Shown here piece after piece: positions 29,327 to 44,000 of a stretch of 64,000 nt of DNA (the first letter of the stretch is position 1; each line of letters starts with the position of its first letter). The notes beneath the pieces are model-generated. The model was not told where the DNA came from. It was given only the letters and a program-made list of their open reading frames with translations, and ran no database searches. Location of the stretch: NCBI GenBank assembly GCA_012295275.1, contig CM022670.1:18538001-18602000 (forward strand), read 5' to 3'. Source of the DNA: Chrysomallon squamiferum (taxonomy: Eukaryota; Animalia; Mollusca). A program made the translations under genes and the position numbers.

Positions 29327-32300
29327 CATACATATATACACAGAGACACCACTCATACATGCATACTTGTACAAACTCAAAACACTACATGTAGCAGGCC
29401 GGGTGCAGCACGGGAGTTACGTATTTTTATTAACCTTTGTCGTTTTTAGCTCTTGCAAAACTAAGCCGTAATTAATTTCAATCTTTGGCGCAATCCAAAT
29501 CCGACGGCATTAAAGGGGAGATCATTAATGTCTTGAAGGCAGCGATTATGTACCCTGAAACAATGTACTGCTTTATGACTCGAGAATGTTTGGCGTCTAA
29601 ACAGGATCTTATTTTGTAACGGGCAGACACAAGATCAAATAAAACATTCACAGGTGTTGTACATATGAATTTTTATGTTTTGTTTTGTTTTGTTTTTTTG
29701 TTGTTTTTTTTTCTCTCTCTTTCCAAGCTTTCCATGTTTTTCTCTTTAATTCGTCCACTCTGTCATTTGCTCTTTTTATCTTCCTCTCTTCTTCTCTATC
29801 GTTTTCTGATTCCTCTTCCATTCATTTAGTCGAATACTTTTTCACTCGGTCTTTCTCTCTTGTTTATTGATGCTTTTTTACACCTATTTTTTTTTCTGAT
29901 TTTCTTTTACTTTCTCTTAATATCTCCCCTCCCTCTCTTCTTCCATCCTTCTAAAACTTTCTTCTCTCTCTCTCTATCGTTTTTGCTCTTTCTCTTTCTT
30001 TTCCCTGTTCGAATATGCGTGTGGTTCACTAAAAAAACAAAACAAAAAAACCCACACACTATATCACTTCTGAAAGTCTTTTTTCAAAAAAAGAAAACAT
30101 ACTATAACCTTTTCGTCTACTTAACAATGAAATAAATGAGAACAGTGTTTCGAAGTAAAAGAAATGCAACCGTCTGCCAGACCCATCTCCAAACCGCAGA
30201 CGAGATGTGTTGGGGAATTACGAGACGTCAAGTCGTATTAGTCTCCGTATTTACAGACGCATCTGGGGATTTCAAGGAGAACTGGTTTCTGGAGTATGTT
30301 CCGCTGACCATGGCTTATCTCAACGCCGTCATTTACGATCAGACTTTCTCGGTCTCCGTGATTCAAGAGTTGAAATTAACGGGACGTTTGTAAGTTGCAA
30401 CCCACAATATGTATACACAGAGAGATAGAAAAAATGTCTGAGATGTCGAATAAGAATGTCGTTATTAGTCTCTGCCACGACATTTAGTAGTGAGTGGTAT
30501 TACGCAGGCGGTGTTCCAGCCTAAACAGTGTCTGTGTGATAAAAAGTTATTTGAGAACTCATTAGATATTTTTTTGCTGGAAAGCAATAGTTGTAATGGG
30601 AATGAAGAAGATACGGAAGAAAGAAAAAAAAAAAAAAAAAAAAAAAAAAGATTTCTTTCTTACTTTCAGATAAAAAAAAAATTCATTTTTAAATTTCGTG
30701 TTTTTTTTACCTTTTACTTTTTTCGAAATAGAAATATAATAATAAAGATTTTTTAATTATTAAATAAGTAAGAAAGAAATAAATAAATAATAATAAAATG
30801 TAAATCTATTTGCAGTTTTGACATGTAGGGTCAACTAAGTTAATTTAATTTATAATGTTAATTGTTTTCTGTTAAATAATGTTTCATTTTAACTACTTTT
30901 TACGAAGAGAACAATGGAGTGCGATTCTAATAATATATTAAGAATGACATCAGCATCTCTCCAAAGCCTTCGGCAATGGTCGCCAATCTCCGTAATAGTT
31001 TCGGGCGAGAAAAATCGATAATTAAAATCTGCAAGCAGAAACGAAATATTGAACAAACAGGAATTAAACTAGCCCCGCATGGTCTAAAATAAATATTTGA
31101 TTACCGCTAAAAGAGAATATCCATTAAAAGGACGAGAGATTACGGTATTTTACCAGCACCAGTACAGGCATTAAAAATTAACTAGAAATGATCAGTTCGA
31201 AATCCAATTACAATGCAGCAATTGGATTAACCGGCGGATGCACGGACCGGCGACAAGCGGAGAAGGACGAATGTAACACGGATAAATTGGATTGCTCACG
31301 TAATTAGGCGGAGACAAACGAAGTGCGGTGCACTTTTTATTTGGAACGCTGGGACTTCTAAAAAGGAAAATTAGCAGTTTGGAGATCTTTAGGGAATTAC
31401 AATGGAACATCAATTACCAGCAGAGAAAGGCTTTATCTTCATAACTGTCTGAAAAACACTTAGAATCGACACGGCTGAATCAGCCGAACAAACAGCCTGT
31501 GGGTTTATTATTTTTTTTTTTTTTTTATTTATCTTTTTTTTAACAACTTAAAGAAAATTATTCGCTAAGAGTCTGACTACATTTTATAATAAATCAGTTA
31601 AAAAATAAATAAATAATAAGTTATTTAATTAATTAATTAATTAATAATAATAAATGCTACTGCTACTGATGTTGTTGTTATTATTATTTTATTATTATAT
31701 TTATAATTATGATCGCTATATACCTTTATTTAATTTAAAAATAATACAAACGCATCCACAAATTTTCCTTGTTGCGAGTATTTTAACTGATATGTTTAGT
31801 ACACTGAAATAAAACATTTATCCATTAAGACCCTAATTTAACACTAAATATTTCAATCACTGCATTGAATGAACAAGAAACATCAAAAGAGATACCTTAT
31901 ATCATGTCCAAAATTAATTTTTGAACTTACCATTATTCACAAGTAAAACAATACACTGAACTTAAACTTCAGTCAAAAAAAAAAAAAAAAAAAAAATGTT
32001 TTTAAAAGAAAAGAACTGAAAAATTACTAAAAGCAAGCGTTTTGTCTTTTTTTTTTGAAAAATGTTAAAAGGTGAACATTATCAAGAAATAACATAAAAC
32101 TATCCAGAAAGAACGGAAGATAATTGTCATAAATTAGAGAAACAATCCGATAAGAAAAATTTTGTTTAACAAAGAGTCCTTTATTGCTTTTTCTATTTTT
32201 AGCAAATGGAATACTTTTTAAAATATATTTTATTACGGGAAAGATAAGTTACACAATTCTTGTGTTGCACGTTAACTGTAATGAATGAGCTGAGTTTTAA

Positions 32301-32342
32301 GGACCTTTTTTTTTTTTTTTTTTTTTTTAAATTTACACAAAA

Positions 32343-32386
<44 letters not shown>

Positions 32387-32526
32387 ATATTTAATAATAT
32401 ATTCTATTGAAAATAAATAAATAAATAAATAAGACTGAGCAGTAAACTGATTCTATAACAATAATTTCTTCTTCCATTCTCTTTTTCGTTTATTAATTTT
32501 CATTTCCTCCCCACCTCCTTTTAAAA

Positions 32527-32562
<36 letters not shown>

Positions 32563-32902
32563 CTTCTTCTTCTTTCTCTTCATCTTCTTCTTCTTCTTTT
32601 TTTTTGTTTTGATTCAGTGTACAACCGCTCAAATAAAAGGGAATACGTCGTTTGGAAAACATCCATATGTTTGGCGCGCTGCTGCGCACGTCATTTCGTT
32701 GCTAATTGGCAAGAGGGTCCAGCAGCGCTGCAGATAGTTGGCGTGGCGTTTATGAGTTCTGTGAGACAAAACACGGGATCACTGCGCTGAAAAACACAGA
32801 CGCTCTCTCCGAGCTGTTGTAGCGAATAGCTGTTTTGTACAGCTTTAATTAGAAGATGAGACAGCCGATTTAAACACGGCTCCAGCTAGTTTAGAATAAC
32901 AA

Positions 32903-32985
32903 GCCCTGGTGGCGCTGTGGGTAAAGCCTTCATTAGGATTAAGATTAGTAGTGGGATCGAATCCAGTTACTGGTTCCACTAAGAA
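32903..32985 (+). mobile_element. tRNA-derived SINE-like head (degenerate)
   Basis: A-box-like TGGCGCTGTGG at ~32910 and B-box-like GGATCGAATCC at 32954, at tRNA-like spacing. No intact cloverleaf. Confidence 0.5.
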
Positions 32986-34142
32986 GATACGTTGAAATGT
33001 AAAAAATGACTAACAATAGATGTGTTTAATTTGACGAATTTTCTAAACAAGGTTTGGGCAGGTTTTAGAAGCAAATAATAAAATGTTAAAGTATTTCCAC
33101 CGAAAGACAGAAAGGGACTGTTCACAGATGTAAACATGCATACATGCTCACGAATATGCAGTTATATAACATTTTTGTTTAAATACTTTAAAATGACATT
33201 GATAAATGCAAAATTTATTTATTCTTTATATCACCTGAATTTCTGAAGAATAAAAACTTGTATATCAGATAATTAGCCTCGATTACATTGCAAGATTAGA
33301 ATAATTTTACGTTTACAGCTGAATGAATGAATGAATGAATGAATGTTGTTGTTCAGTCTACAATGTTCACTCACTGTTTATAACATCCATTTAAAGTTGA
33401 TTAATTTCAAAACAGAAAAAGAAAGCAAAAATGTTATTTTAAATTACTAAAACTGATAATATACAAAATATTTGCAATTAAATACTCTGTATTCGACTTT
33501 TTTTTACTTTTAAAATTTAATTAAAATATTAAACATTTACACCAACATTAATATCTTTTTATGAACATTTTATTTTATTTTTTTATTTTATATATTTTTT
33601 TTCTCTTAAGCATAAATAATTATTTTTTTTTTTTTCCCCCAAATTTTATGATGGTAATAACACTCAAGAAACGGGATACGGAATTAAAGTTGACACGTGA
33701 TCCATCATGGCGGTCAGACAGTAAGTTCACCAAACGGACAAATAAAATATAAAAACGCATTGTTCTTATTTGCATCCGTGGACACAAATTAATACAGAAA
33801 AACAGATGAGTAAGCTTTTTTTTTTTTCCGCATAATATACTTTTAACAAATGGTTATTAAAATAGACATTGTTAATTATGTGGTGGTAATATACAAAAAC
33901 CAGTAAATCTTTCATTTTTATTATTATTATTGTTATTGCTATTGTTATTATTATTATTATTATGTTTTATGTATTTATTTTCATTTATTTTATTTTTTTT
34001 CTTTGTTTGTTTTGCAATGTAAACGGCAAAATAAATAAAAAGGAAAACATTTATGATATCTAATTATTTTGTTTCTGTTTCTGATAGTTTTACCTGTTTC
34101 CTTCATTTGTTTTTTTTTTTTTTTTTTTTTTTTTTTTGAGAT

Positions 34143-34247
34143 GTAAGATGGAGTATAATTTAAAATAATTTGAAAAAGTAAAATGGAGTATAATTTAAAA
34201 TAATTTGAAAATGTAAAATGGAGTATAATCTAAAACAATTTGAAAAA
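34143..34247. repeat. 35-bp minisatellite x3
   Basis: gtaaaatggagtataatttaaaataatttgaaaaa-like units at 34143, 34178 and 34213. Confidence 0.9.
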
Positions 34248-35386
34248 CAACGCCGACAATAATTTTATTTGCTGCTATTGTTGTTGTATTCGTTTTAATA
34301 TTATAAATTGATTTCTTCTTCTTCTTCTACTTATTATTGTTGTTATTTGTTAATGGTGTTGCTGTTGTCACCGCTGTTGTTGTTGTTGTTGTTTTCTGGG
34401 GTTTTATACATGTATTCCACGTTAAAGTGAATTGTTTTCTTTTTATTTGTAAATTGTTTTGTTTATCAGTAAATGATTATAGAAAATTATTATTTTTATT
34501 GTCTCAGTTATACGTGTTTTTAAAGTTTATTTTTGTTTACTTATTTTGTTATTTATTATTAAATTATTTTTTTACTTTTTTCTTCTTTTTTCTCCCTCTA
34601 TATTGTAATTTATCTTTCTGCATACTGTAAATTTTTTTTTTTTTTTTTTTTTTTCAGTTTTTTTTTTTTTTTTTTTATATTTCGATTTTAAAATGATATT
34701 AAAATATTGCTGATGTGCATTTTGTTAATTTTTTTTTTTTTCTGATTATTATTTTCTGTATTTGTTAAAAATTTGTTTCTGTTTATCTAATTTTGTGAAC
34801 TTTTGCTTCTCCTTTAATTTTATCATCAAATTATTATTCAATTTTTTATTGTATTGTTTCACGTTAGTCTTTAATTTGATATTAAAATTTAAAAAATTAT
34901 GTTTTTTATTTTGTTTTATTTTATTTATTTATTTATTTATTTATTTATTATTGTTATTTTTGCTGTTCCTTTAATTTTCTTTCCTTCTTTCCATTTATTT
35001 ATTTATTTATTTTTTTGTTTTTTTTTTTTGTTTTTTATTTTAGTTTAGTTTAATTTAGTTTAGTTTAGTTTTAGTTTTTTAATTACATATGGATATAGGG
35101 AAAAATTATTGTAATATAAATTAATGACTCTTGACTGCTAAGCTTTTATATATCATACAAACATTGATATTTTACATTTGTAAATCAGTCTGTATGTAGG
35201 TAAAATTATCATAAACGCAAATGATACCTTATATAAGTATATTTTTAAAATTTTCTTTCTTTCTTTCTTTCTTTGTTTCTTTGTTTCTTTCTTTATTTAT
35301 TCATTCATTTATTTTGGTTTAATATCTTAGTTATGCCCAAATATAATTCTATCAAAGTTTGGTTAGGATAAATTAATATTCTTGAA

Positions 35387-35388
<2 letters not shown>

Positions 35389-35448
<60 letters not shown>

Positions 35449-35488
35449 ACACACACACAGACATACACACACATACATATACACACAC
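35389..35488. repeat. (CA)n microsatellite
   Basis: Direct reading. Confidence 0.95.
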
Positions 35489-36270
35489 AATAGTAGTGAT
35501 ACGTGTTCATTCTATAGATTTATGAATCTATCGAGATAATTATTTCTTTCTTTATTTATTTATTTATTTATTTTTATCTGTTATCTGGATAAATTAAATA
35601 CATATTTTCTGTACATTGTAAATTTTACTACTGATCTTTCTCTTATTTTATGAACAGTACTGACATTTTTTTTTTGAAAAGTGTTTATCATAAACTATTT
35701 CTAATTCACCAAACTTTGTTTACATATCTTCTATCTAAGCTGTTTCTCGGACAACTGCAATGATAATATTTTCTTGTTTCTTATAAGGTTATTTTTTCAA
35801 TTCCGCTTTACATCGATTAAAAATTCCCTAAGAATATTTCATTCCTGGCAGCTGCTTACCGCCTTCAGATCTGGATGCATGAAAACCCGAACGTTTCTTT
35901 AACGATAATGTAAATTATCTTTAATCCTAACGATAAACCCTATTATATCCCTATTTTGCGTCGCTATCTTAAATTTCCTAAGCGATATCAAATTCTTATC
36001 TGGAAGCGTTTCGTAAACGTTTACTCTTGCTAACTTTCAGGAACGATTTATTCCGAAGTGAGAAAGACACTGTGTTGAAAAACAAGACGTAATGCTATAA
36101 GAGTTAGTGTTATCTGCGTAATTCAATAATTGAAACACCTCGTTATCTTAAGTCTTCATCGTTTTCTGACACCTTTTTTAGTTTTTTCTAATTTATTTAA
36201 TAATTTTATATTATTTTATTTTATTTTATTTTATTTTATTTTTTTTTAATTTATTACGACGATAATGACG

Positions 36271-36324
<54 letters not shown>

Positions 36325-36934
36325 ACAAATGTTGTTATTATTATTTTGACTTTATTTTTATTATTATTATCAATTTATTAATTTACTTAAAATAAATTAC
36401 AGGTTAAAGTGCATTGTATTTAGTACTGGCCTCTTTTAAAATATAGGTTTTAATTCCTTATTTATAGTTTTATTTTATTTTATTTTCATTTTCTGATAAC
36501 AGAATTTATGTCTTTTCCTTCAAGGTTTTTTTTTTTTTAATTTTATTTTTAATTTTATTTCTGTATTACTTTTATCAATTCTGTTGCTTCTTTTTCTCTC
36601 CTTGCAAATTTATTTTTATTTTTGAGACGTCAGAATTAACAGAAAAACACTTGACATGTCATAAGTAACAAAAGTAATTAAATGCTATTTCAGAGTTATT
36701 TGTTATCACCGTGTATGTATCATCATCCATAGCAGAGATAACAACGTCGACGACAACACCTAAGTGGCTCTAAAATGTTGATTAGCTGTCGTTGTGTCGA
36801 TAAAAATGATTAACGCAACGAGTACTTTATTTAGTGGGGGGATTCGATGGTGGGGGGTGCTGCCGATAAAGAAACATTCTGGGAAGGAACTGTAAATAAC
36901 TTAGAGATATCAGAAATAGGTTGTTTTTGTTGAT

Positions 36935-36967
<33 letters not shown>

Positions 36968-37166
36968 ATTTATTGCATTCTCGTTTTAACAAAAATAAAT
37001 AAATAAATAAATAAATAAAATATAAAAAATTCGGACTCAGTTTCTGTATTTATTTATCTATTTTATTCTAATATAGCATACAGGTTATCTTCTGTTTCTC
37101 TTTTTAAATTTATTTGTTATTATTTATTTATTTATTTATTTATTTTTATTTATTTATTTATTTATT

Positions 37167-37226
<60 letters not shown>

Positions 37227-37605
37227 ATTTATTTACTTATGTATTTATTTTATTTTATTTTTATTATTTTATTTTTTTCGTTTCGTTTATTTATATTACT
37301 TTTCTTTATGTTGTTGTTGTTCCTTTTTATTTTACACAATGAAGAAAAATTACATTTTCTGCTTTCAATCCTTTTTCTTCATTTTTTTTTCGTTTTCTTT
37401 CATTCGTCCGACTTTCCACAGAAACAAATTTATTAGAAAGAAAATTTTAAATGTTTTCTGAAATAAATAAAATTTAATTTCGTTCAAGCTGTTTTGCAAT
37501 GTCATAAAAATAAATTAAGTCCTTTAAGTCTTTTTCTTCTTCTTCTTCTTCTTCTTATTATTATTATTATTATTATAATTCTTTTATTTTTTTTAAAGTT
37601 GTGCT

Positions 37606-37895
37606 GGAATAGGGTAAAGAAAATATTTAAGACGAATAAGAAGAAAAGTTTATTTATAATTTCATGATGAATTATTATGGTAATGAATCAGTATAATTTA
37701 TGTAGTCTATATCCATTTTTAAATTTATTTTTATTTTAATTTTAATTTTTATTATTATTATTTCTGTAAATTGTAATGGAATACGGTAAAGAAAACATTT
37801 AAGACGAATAAAATGAAAAGCTTATTATTATTTTATAATTTCAATACAAAATATTATGGTAATAAATCAGTACATGTATTATATATCCGTTTTAC
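37606..37895. repeat. Diverged tandem duplication, period about 172 bp
   Basis: ggaata.ggtaaagaaaa.atttaagacgaataa ... tattatggtaat.aatcagta occurs twice. Confidence 0.8.
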
Positions 37896-38364
37896 TTTAT
37901 TTTATTTTATTTTATTTATTTAAAAAAAATCTTACAATAATATTTACTTACAAAATGAATTTAATAATAATCACAGAAGAAAACAACTTTGCTATTTCAG
38001 TTTTTACTTCTCTTATATATAAATATGATTGTCCATTCACATCCTTAGATAAATAAGCAAAAAAAAAAAAGCAACAACGGAAAACCACACAAAATAAATA
38101 ACAGTAACAAAAAAGTAAAATAAAATCAAATCAAATAAAATAATAAAATAATTTAAATAAATAAATAAATAATTATATAAATAAAGCAATTTACTATAAT
38201 ATAGTGTAATAATACAATGAAAAAAACAAATAATATAATATATATATATATATTATATTATATTATATATATATACAATACAATATACAATATCTTAACT
38301 AATAAATGATTTAATGATCATACAATTACAAAACGAGTTAAAAAATCGAAAAACTAATATGGCG

Positions 38365-38395
<31 letters not shown>

Positions 38396-38449
38396 AATAA
38401 TAATAATAAATAACAAATAATAATAATAATTTTTTTTTAAATTCAACAA

Positions 38450-38487
<38 letters not shown>

Positions 38488-39977
38488 TAACGTAAAAAAG
38501 TAAGTAAGTAAAGAAAAGTGAACAAAGATTAAAAATAGTTCATCTTTACAAAAAGAAAGAAACAACGAAAATGTTGTTTTAAAAATGCCCCACTCGAAGT
38601 CTAGCTACCTAAAACAATCCCAGTTACTCAATTCTGTGTAAATTAGTTACATGTCACCCCCAAACTGACGTGAGTAAACTATTCTAATTCCTCGCACACG
38701 ATAACGAATTAGACAAGAAAGTAACGTTATATACAAACTATCCGAAATGACAGAGCGAAAAGAAAAGCACGTTTATTAGACGAGATAGGCGTTGGCTTGT
38801 CTCCCTTATCTGCGACGATTGTTCCGCATGGTGGCGCACCATGTCACAAACGGTAGAGCAAGTTCTCTATCAATATTTGACGCCGGACATCCATCTTGCA
38901 CGGAATGTTAACAGCAAATACCCGCGCCACATTAGTTTGTTAAAGAAATTTGTCAAGTTTTCACCACCATTGTTTCAGCTCAGTGTAGCGTGTTTGTGTT
39001 GACATCTATTTTTGTTCTTAAAAACAATTAAAAATATTTTTTTTTGAAAGAAAGCAATTTTTTTCTGTTTTGTTTCTTTGTAAGTAAATATATTTCTGTC
39101 TTTGTTGTTGTTTTGATTATCTCTTTTTGATGATTCCGTTCTTTTTTTCAGTGTATTTCAGTAAAGCTGATGATATTATCTAAGAACTTCAAAATTTATC
39201 TGAACTGGTGGCCGAAGTTGTGATTGATGATGATGATGATAGAAACATTTAATACAGAAGATGAAGTAATAGATGCTAGAAAAAAAAAAAAAAAAAACCA
39301 ATAAAAAAAAAAAAAAAATTATAGATAGTATTTCTAAAAACAATACGCAATAAAAACCAACACAAAAAAAAAAAAAACAACGAAATGTTATGATGATAAA
39401 AACAATGACGACACATTAATAATGGTAAAAATGAAGACGATAAAAAGACAAACTGTAAATTAACAAATTTAAGCCGATTTTATAATAATAATAATGGCGG
39501 CGACACAACAATGGTGAAGACGAAAATTAGAAACACATGTTGTTAAAGACATTTAATTATCTTCTTATAAAAAAAAAAAGTATCATCTTTTTTGTGTTTG
39601 TTTAATTCTAATTAACGCATACATCTTCCAAAATAACCGTAATAACAACTAAAAAAAAAAAAAAAGAGAAGAATAAACCTTAATGAAAATTACCCTCACG
39701 CAACACAATTTACATCGTATATCCTGAAAACTAAATTAGTTAATAACGAGCAGCACGTCTGTAAGTAATAATGTCAGCAGGTTGCGTGCGGGAAATGGCT
39801 ATTTTAGTAGGAACACGGTCGTAGACACATTTATAGCTGCTTCACAAACATTCCCAGTCTGATCGAGCGTCGCACACACACAACAAATGGAGTGAAGGAA
39901 TCTCCAAATGTTTTCAGGGTACCTGAAGAAACGCAAACGCCGCTGGTAGCCAAACACGTGTTCCAACAACAGGGACG

Positions 39978-40092
<115 letters not shown>

Positions 40093-40390
40093 CATCACTC
40101 GTCATCTGCTAGGTAATTCCATCTTTCATGCAGATCGTATATTCCTACTTTATTTTTTTGAGCATCTGAGCTAGTGACCTAAGATTAGTTTTTCTGAAGA
40201 GTGTAGTGTCTGCTTTATGGTCAATAAAAGTAGTCTAAATTATTTCAGACTTTTTCCAATCAATGAAATCATCATTATTAAAAACAAAAATGAATAATAA
40301 TAATTGACTGACATCTGATATAATAAAATAGGATAAGGTGTTAAACTATTATCTATAATAATTGTTGAATATTTAATTTATAATATTGAT

Positions 40391-40425
<35 letters not shown>

Positions 40426-40799
40426 GTTTTTTTTTTTTTAACTATTCTTACTTTACTTACCGCTAGTATTTTGAATAAAAGAAGAATAGTTTCAGAAAGC
40501 GTTGGAAAGTAGTAAATGATAAACTGTAAAAATGTTTATGTTACAAATGTAGATTTTACAACAATAAATCTATTTAATATATATAATATAAACAAATAAC
40601 GGACGTCACTATTTTATCAAACACACTAATATATCAAAAAGAAAGAAAGAAGAATTTAATTACATTTTATATATATATGAAAATGTTGAAGAAAGAAAGG
40701 CAGAACCATTCACATAAATACGACGAACTTGAATAATAAGGTCTACCCCGTATTTAAGACAAAAAACCACTAAAACATAAAAAACATAGTACACCTAGA

Positions 40800-41048
40800 G
40801 ATGAAATAATGAAACAACATAAGCTTCAGAGAAATCAGTGACATAATTCCACAGCTATATATTAAAGTCATATGCAGCACGACTTGGAAATCATACAAAG
40901 GGAAAGGATGTAGAGGACGATGGAGGAATGAACGACACGGTTACTGGAAAGGAATCATCAGGCAAAGGACTGCGCAAGACAGGAAGATGTGTAAACATGC
41001 TGAGGTTTTCACCGATCAATGAGACACTACGGCTACGTCGTAATGATA
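40800..41048 (+). mobile_element. Decayed 3' end of an RTE-clade LINE
   Basis: Translation KGKGCRGRWRNERHGYWKGIIRQRTAQDRKMCKHAEVFTDQ*DTTA resembles the RTE ORF C-terminus pattern (GR..RW.D....W...AQDR..W) as I recall it, followed by a taatgat tail. Contains an in-frame stop. Confidence 0.5.
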
Positions 41049-44000
41049 CTAAAAATAGATTGAAGGACTTAATTTAAATAAAACACCCCCAAAATAAACC
41101 GAAAACAACATCAACAACAAAAACAAATGAACAAAACAAAACAAAACAAAACAGAACAAAAACAAAGCGAAAATCCCACAAAAACCAAAACTACAAAAAA
41201 AAATACATATTAATATACAAGAATTTAAAAATTATACAAACATAAGTATATATGAGGACAAACATACACATAGGTAATTTCAAAGTACAAGATAATATTG
41301 AAAATGATCAAGGTTGGAAAAGGTAAGAACAAAAGGAAGGAAGGACAGATTGCACCTCACACGTGAAGCTGAAGCGCTGAATCAGTTTGTTATGAGAGAG
41401 GAGATAATCAGTCATCTGAGAAGTGAAATATTCTGAGTTGTTTTATTTTAGAAATGCAAACATCTGGAACTTCTGAGTGCTTACATAAACTTCTCATTGG
41501 CCTCTTGAACATGTCAAGTGATGAAACTGGTAACGTTGATTTACGTTATAGACGAAAACACGTTCGCTACACGTGCTGCGGTCACGTGACTTAATACTTA
41601 GGAAGCGGTGAACATCAAAATGCATTTTAGAATGAAATAGGACCACTTAAATTTTTGTACAAGTTAAACGAATAAAGTTTAAAGGCTGTAAAAGAAAACA
41701 GACTGACTTTAATTTTAGACAGTTAATCTGATAAAGTTTTAAAGCTTCTAAAGGCGTTTAGATTCCAGTATCTGATCTCACACGGAGTTAGAATACTGGT
41801 ATATAATAGAGGAAAATATTTTTGATTTAATACTAAGTTCAGTATATTGTTTATTGTGTACAGGATGACTTACACATTCTAAACTCTGGCCGTCTTAATG
41901 CCACGATTAGGATGGCTGATTGGGTAAAAGATTTTGGATGAGTATGAACTAATGATTTCATTTATTTAGTAAGTAACGTCACTGAATTATATATTTTTAT
42001 AAATAGTCAGTAAGGGCAAGATATGCACAAATAACAAGGAAGAAAATTTGCTACTTTTTTTTCAGTTAGAAAAAATCCTCAGTGAACCTTTTTCTGAACC
42101 TGTCACAGAGCACCGGCCAGAATGGAAAACATGTTAAACGGAAGACGTAGAATTGATCCACGTCTGTGTAGTTCAGACTAAATATTTATTGTTGTTGTAG
42201 GTCTTGAACGTTTGGTTAATACCAGATACTTGGGATGATTTAACTAAAAACAAAAACACAATAACCATATATTGGTTTATTTAATACAAACTACAACAAC
42301 AATAACAACTTCCCCAAAACCTATAAAATAATAGTGATGGTGGTGGTGGTAGTAGTAGTAGTAGCAGTAACAGATACAAAATATAATAGGACAAATAAAG
42401 CAACGGCCTAAAAATAAATAAATAAAAATAGGGAAAAAAATAGTAAAAACATAAATAAAAGAAATGTCAAAAAAAAGAAAAAAAAAAGAAGAAGAAAGAT
42501 GAAGAGCTACACAAATAAATGAAAAGAAAAATCATAATAGATAATAACTGTACAACTAGCACAGCATTCTAAATCATCGAGCTATCGGGACAAAGCATCA
42601 ACCTGGTTCTAATTTAAACCATTAACTTGCAGAGTTTTCACTTTTTTAATTACTTATATTGCCTATCTCTTGATTTCATAGAGAAAAACCTCACTGAAGC
42701 TGCCTATAAATTAATACTATCTGAACCGCTACACGATCCAATGATAAAATTATGGCCCACAACACACGCGCACATCAAACAGTCGTGTCTAGGGGCGTTT
42801 TGCCTTATCAGAACATTCACTGCTTGGGAGACGAGGCTTTTTAAAGTCCACATGTTGTATGTGTTTATGATGTGCCGGAGTAATTTACTGATACAGTATT
42901 CATCAAAAGAAAAAGTTTATTGTCCAAAAAAAGAAAAAAAATCGTGAATTTTTCCGTTTAATTGGGATGTGGGTGCGATTAAGCAACAAACATGCAAGGA
43001 GTTATGAAGAATGTTTTCGGATGCTATATAGAATGACCTCTTAGAACATAAAAAGAAAAACAGCTGATGATCCACCATATAATTTCAGCACCATTATCAG
43101 TTTAAAGATTACAGTGTCACCTTCATTACCAATAAATTACATTATCTAGTTAGCTGAGCATTAAAATACGTTCATCTTTATCAATAATCTATATAGTTTA
43201 TAAAACAAAAATATAACAGCATAATCACTAATGTTTATCGTTTCAGTTTCCAGAGTAAATCCATGACCATTAATAATCCTAAAGGTTTAAATTCCCAAAT
43301 ACAACAGAAATGTTATTACCATCATAGACAATTCAAACCACTTTCGGTTCCCGAATATACCACTGTCATCACCTGTTTAGATAAATTTAGAATAACATCG
43401 CCTAAACATCACCATTATTATCATCACCAACAATCTAGAACAATTTCGACAAAACATTAACATTATAATCAATTTCACCAATAATTTAAGACAATTTCAG
43501 ATCTCCAAAGTATTACCATAATCATCATTATAAACAACAATCTAAATTAATTTCAGTTCATTATGAATAAAAAACAAACAAAAAAACAACAACATCATTT
43601 CCGTTCCCCAGGGTTAACAAACGCACCATGACCATTACCAGTATTCTGTTACGTGTGCATTTCAATTTACCAGAGCAGAACATTGCTACATAACACACCT
43701 TTACACAACATTACATTTCACCAGTGAAGTCATTTGTTACCTGAAATTAACTCGTTTGGGGAGCAGTGTAATTTGAATGGCTTTGAAAAATATAGGTTTT
43801 TCCCAGTGGTGTATTCCGGTCATATATCTACAGGGCGCGATAGATAACTGCGTGGTGTCTTCACCATTAGTTAAAGACGATGAAGCTATCGCCATGAGCC
43901 TCTTCTGCTAATTACGCAACGACACGTGCCAGAGACGAGTTATGTGAAAAAAAAACCTCTCCGTGTTCCTGTCTCGCCAGTTATCTGCTTCACGTTATGT

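Noticed and set aside
32903-32985. Possible tRNA gene (also 61040-61113)
   Set aside because: Only A/B-box-like motifs. I cannot form acceptor and anticodon stems, so both are treated as SINE-like heads.
34143-34247. 35-bp repeats as a CRISPR array
   Set aside because: Head-to-tail copies with no spacers, in a eukaryotic context.
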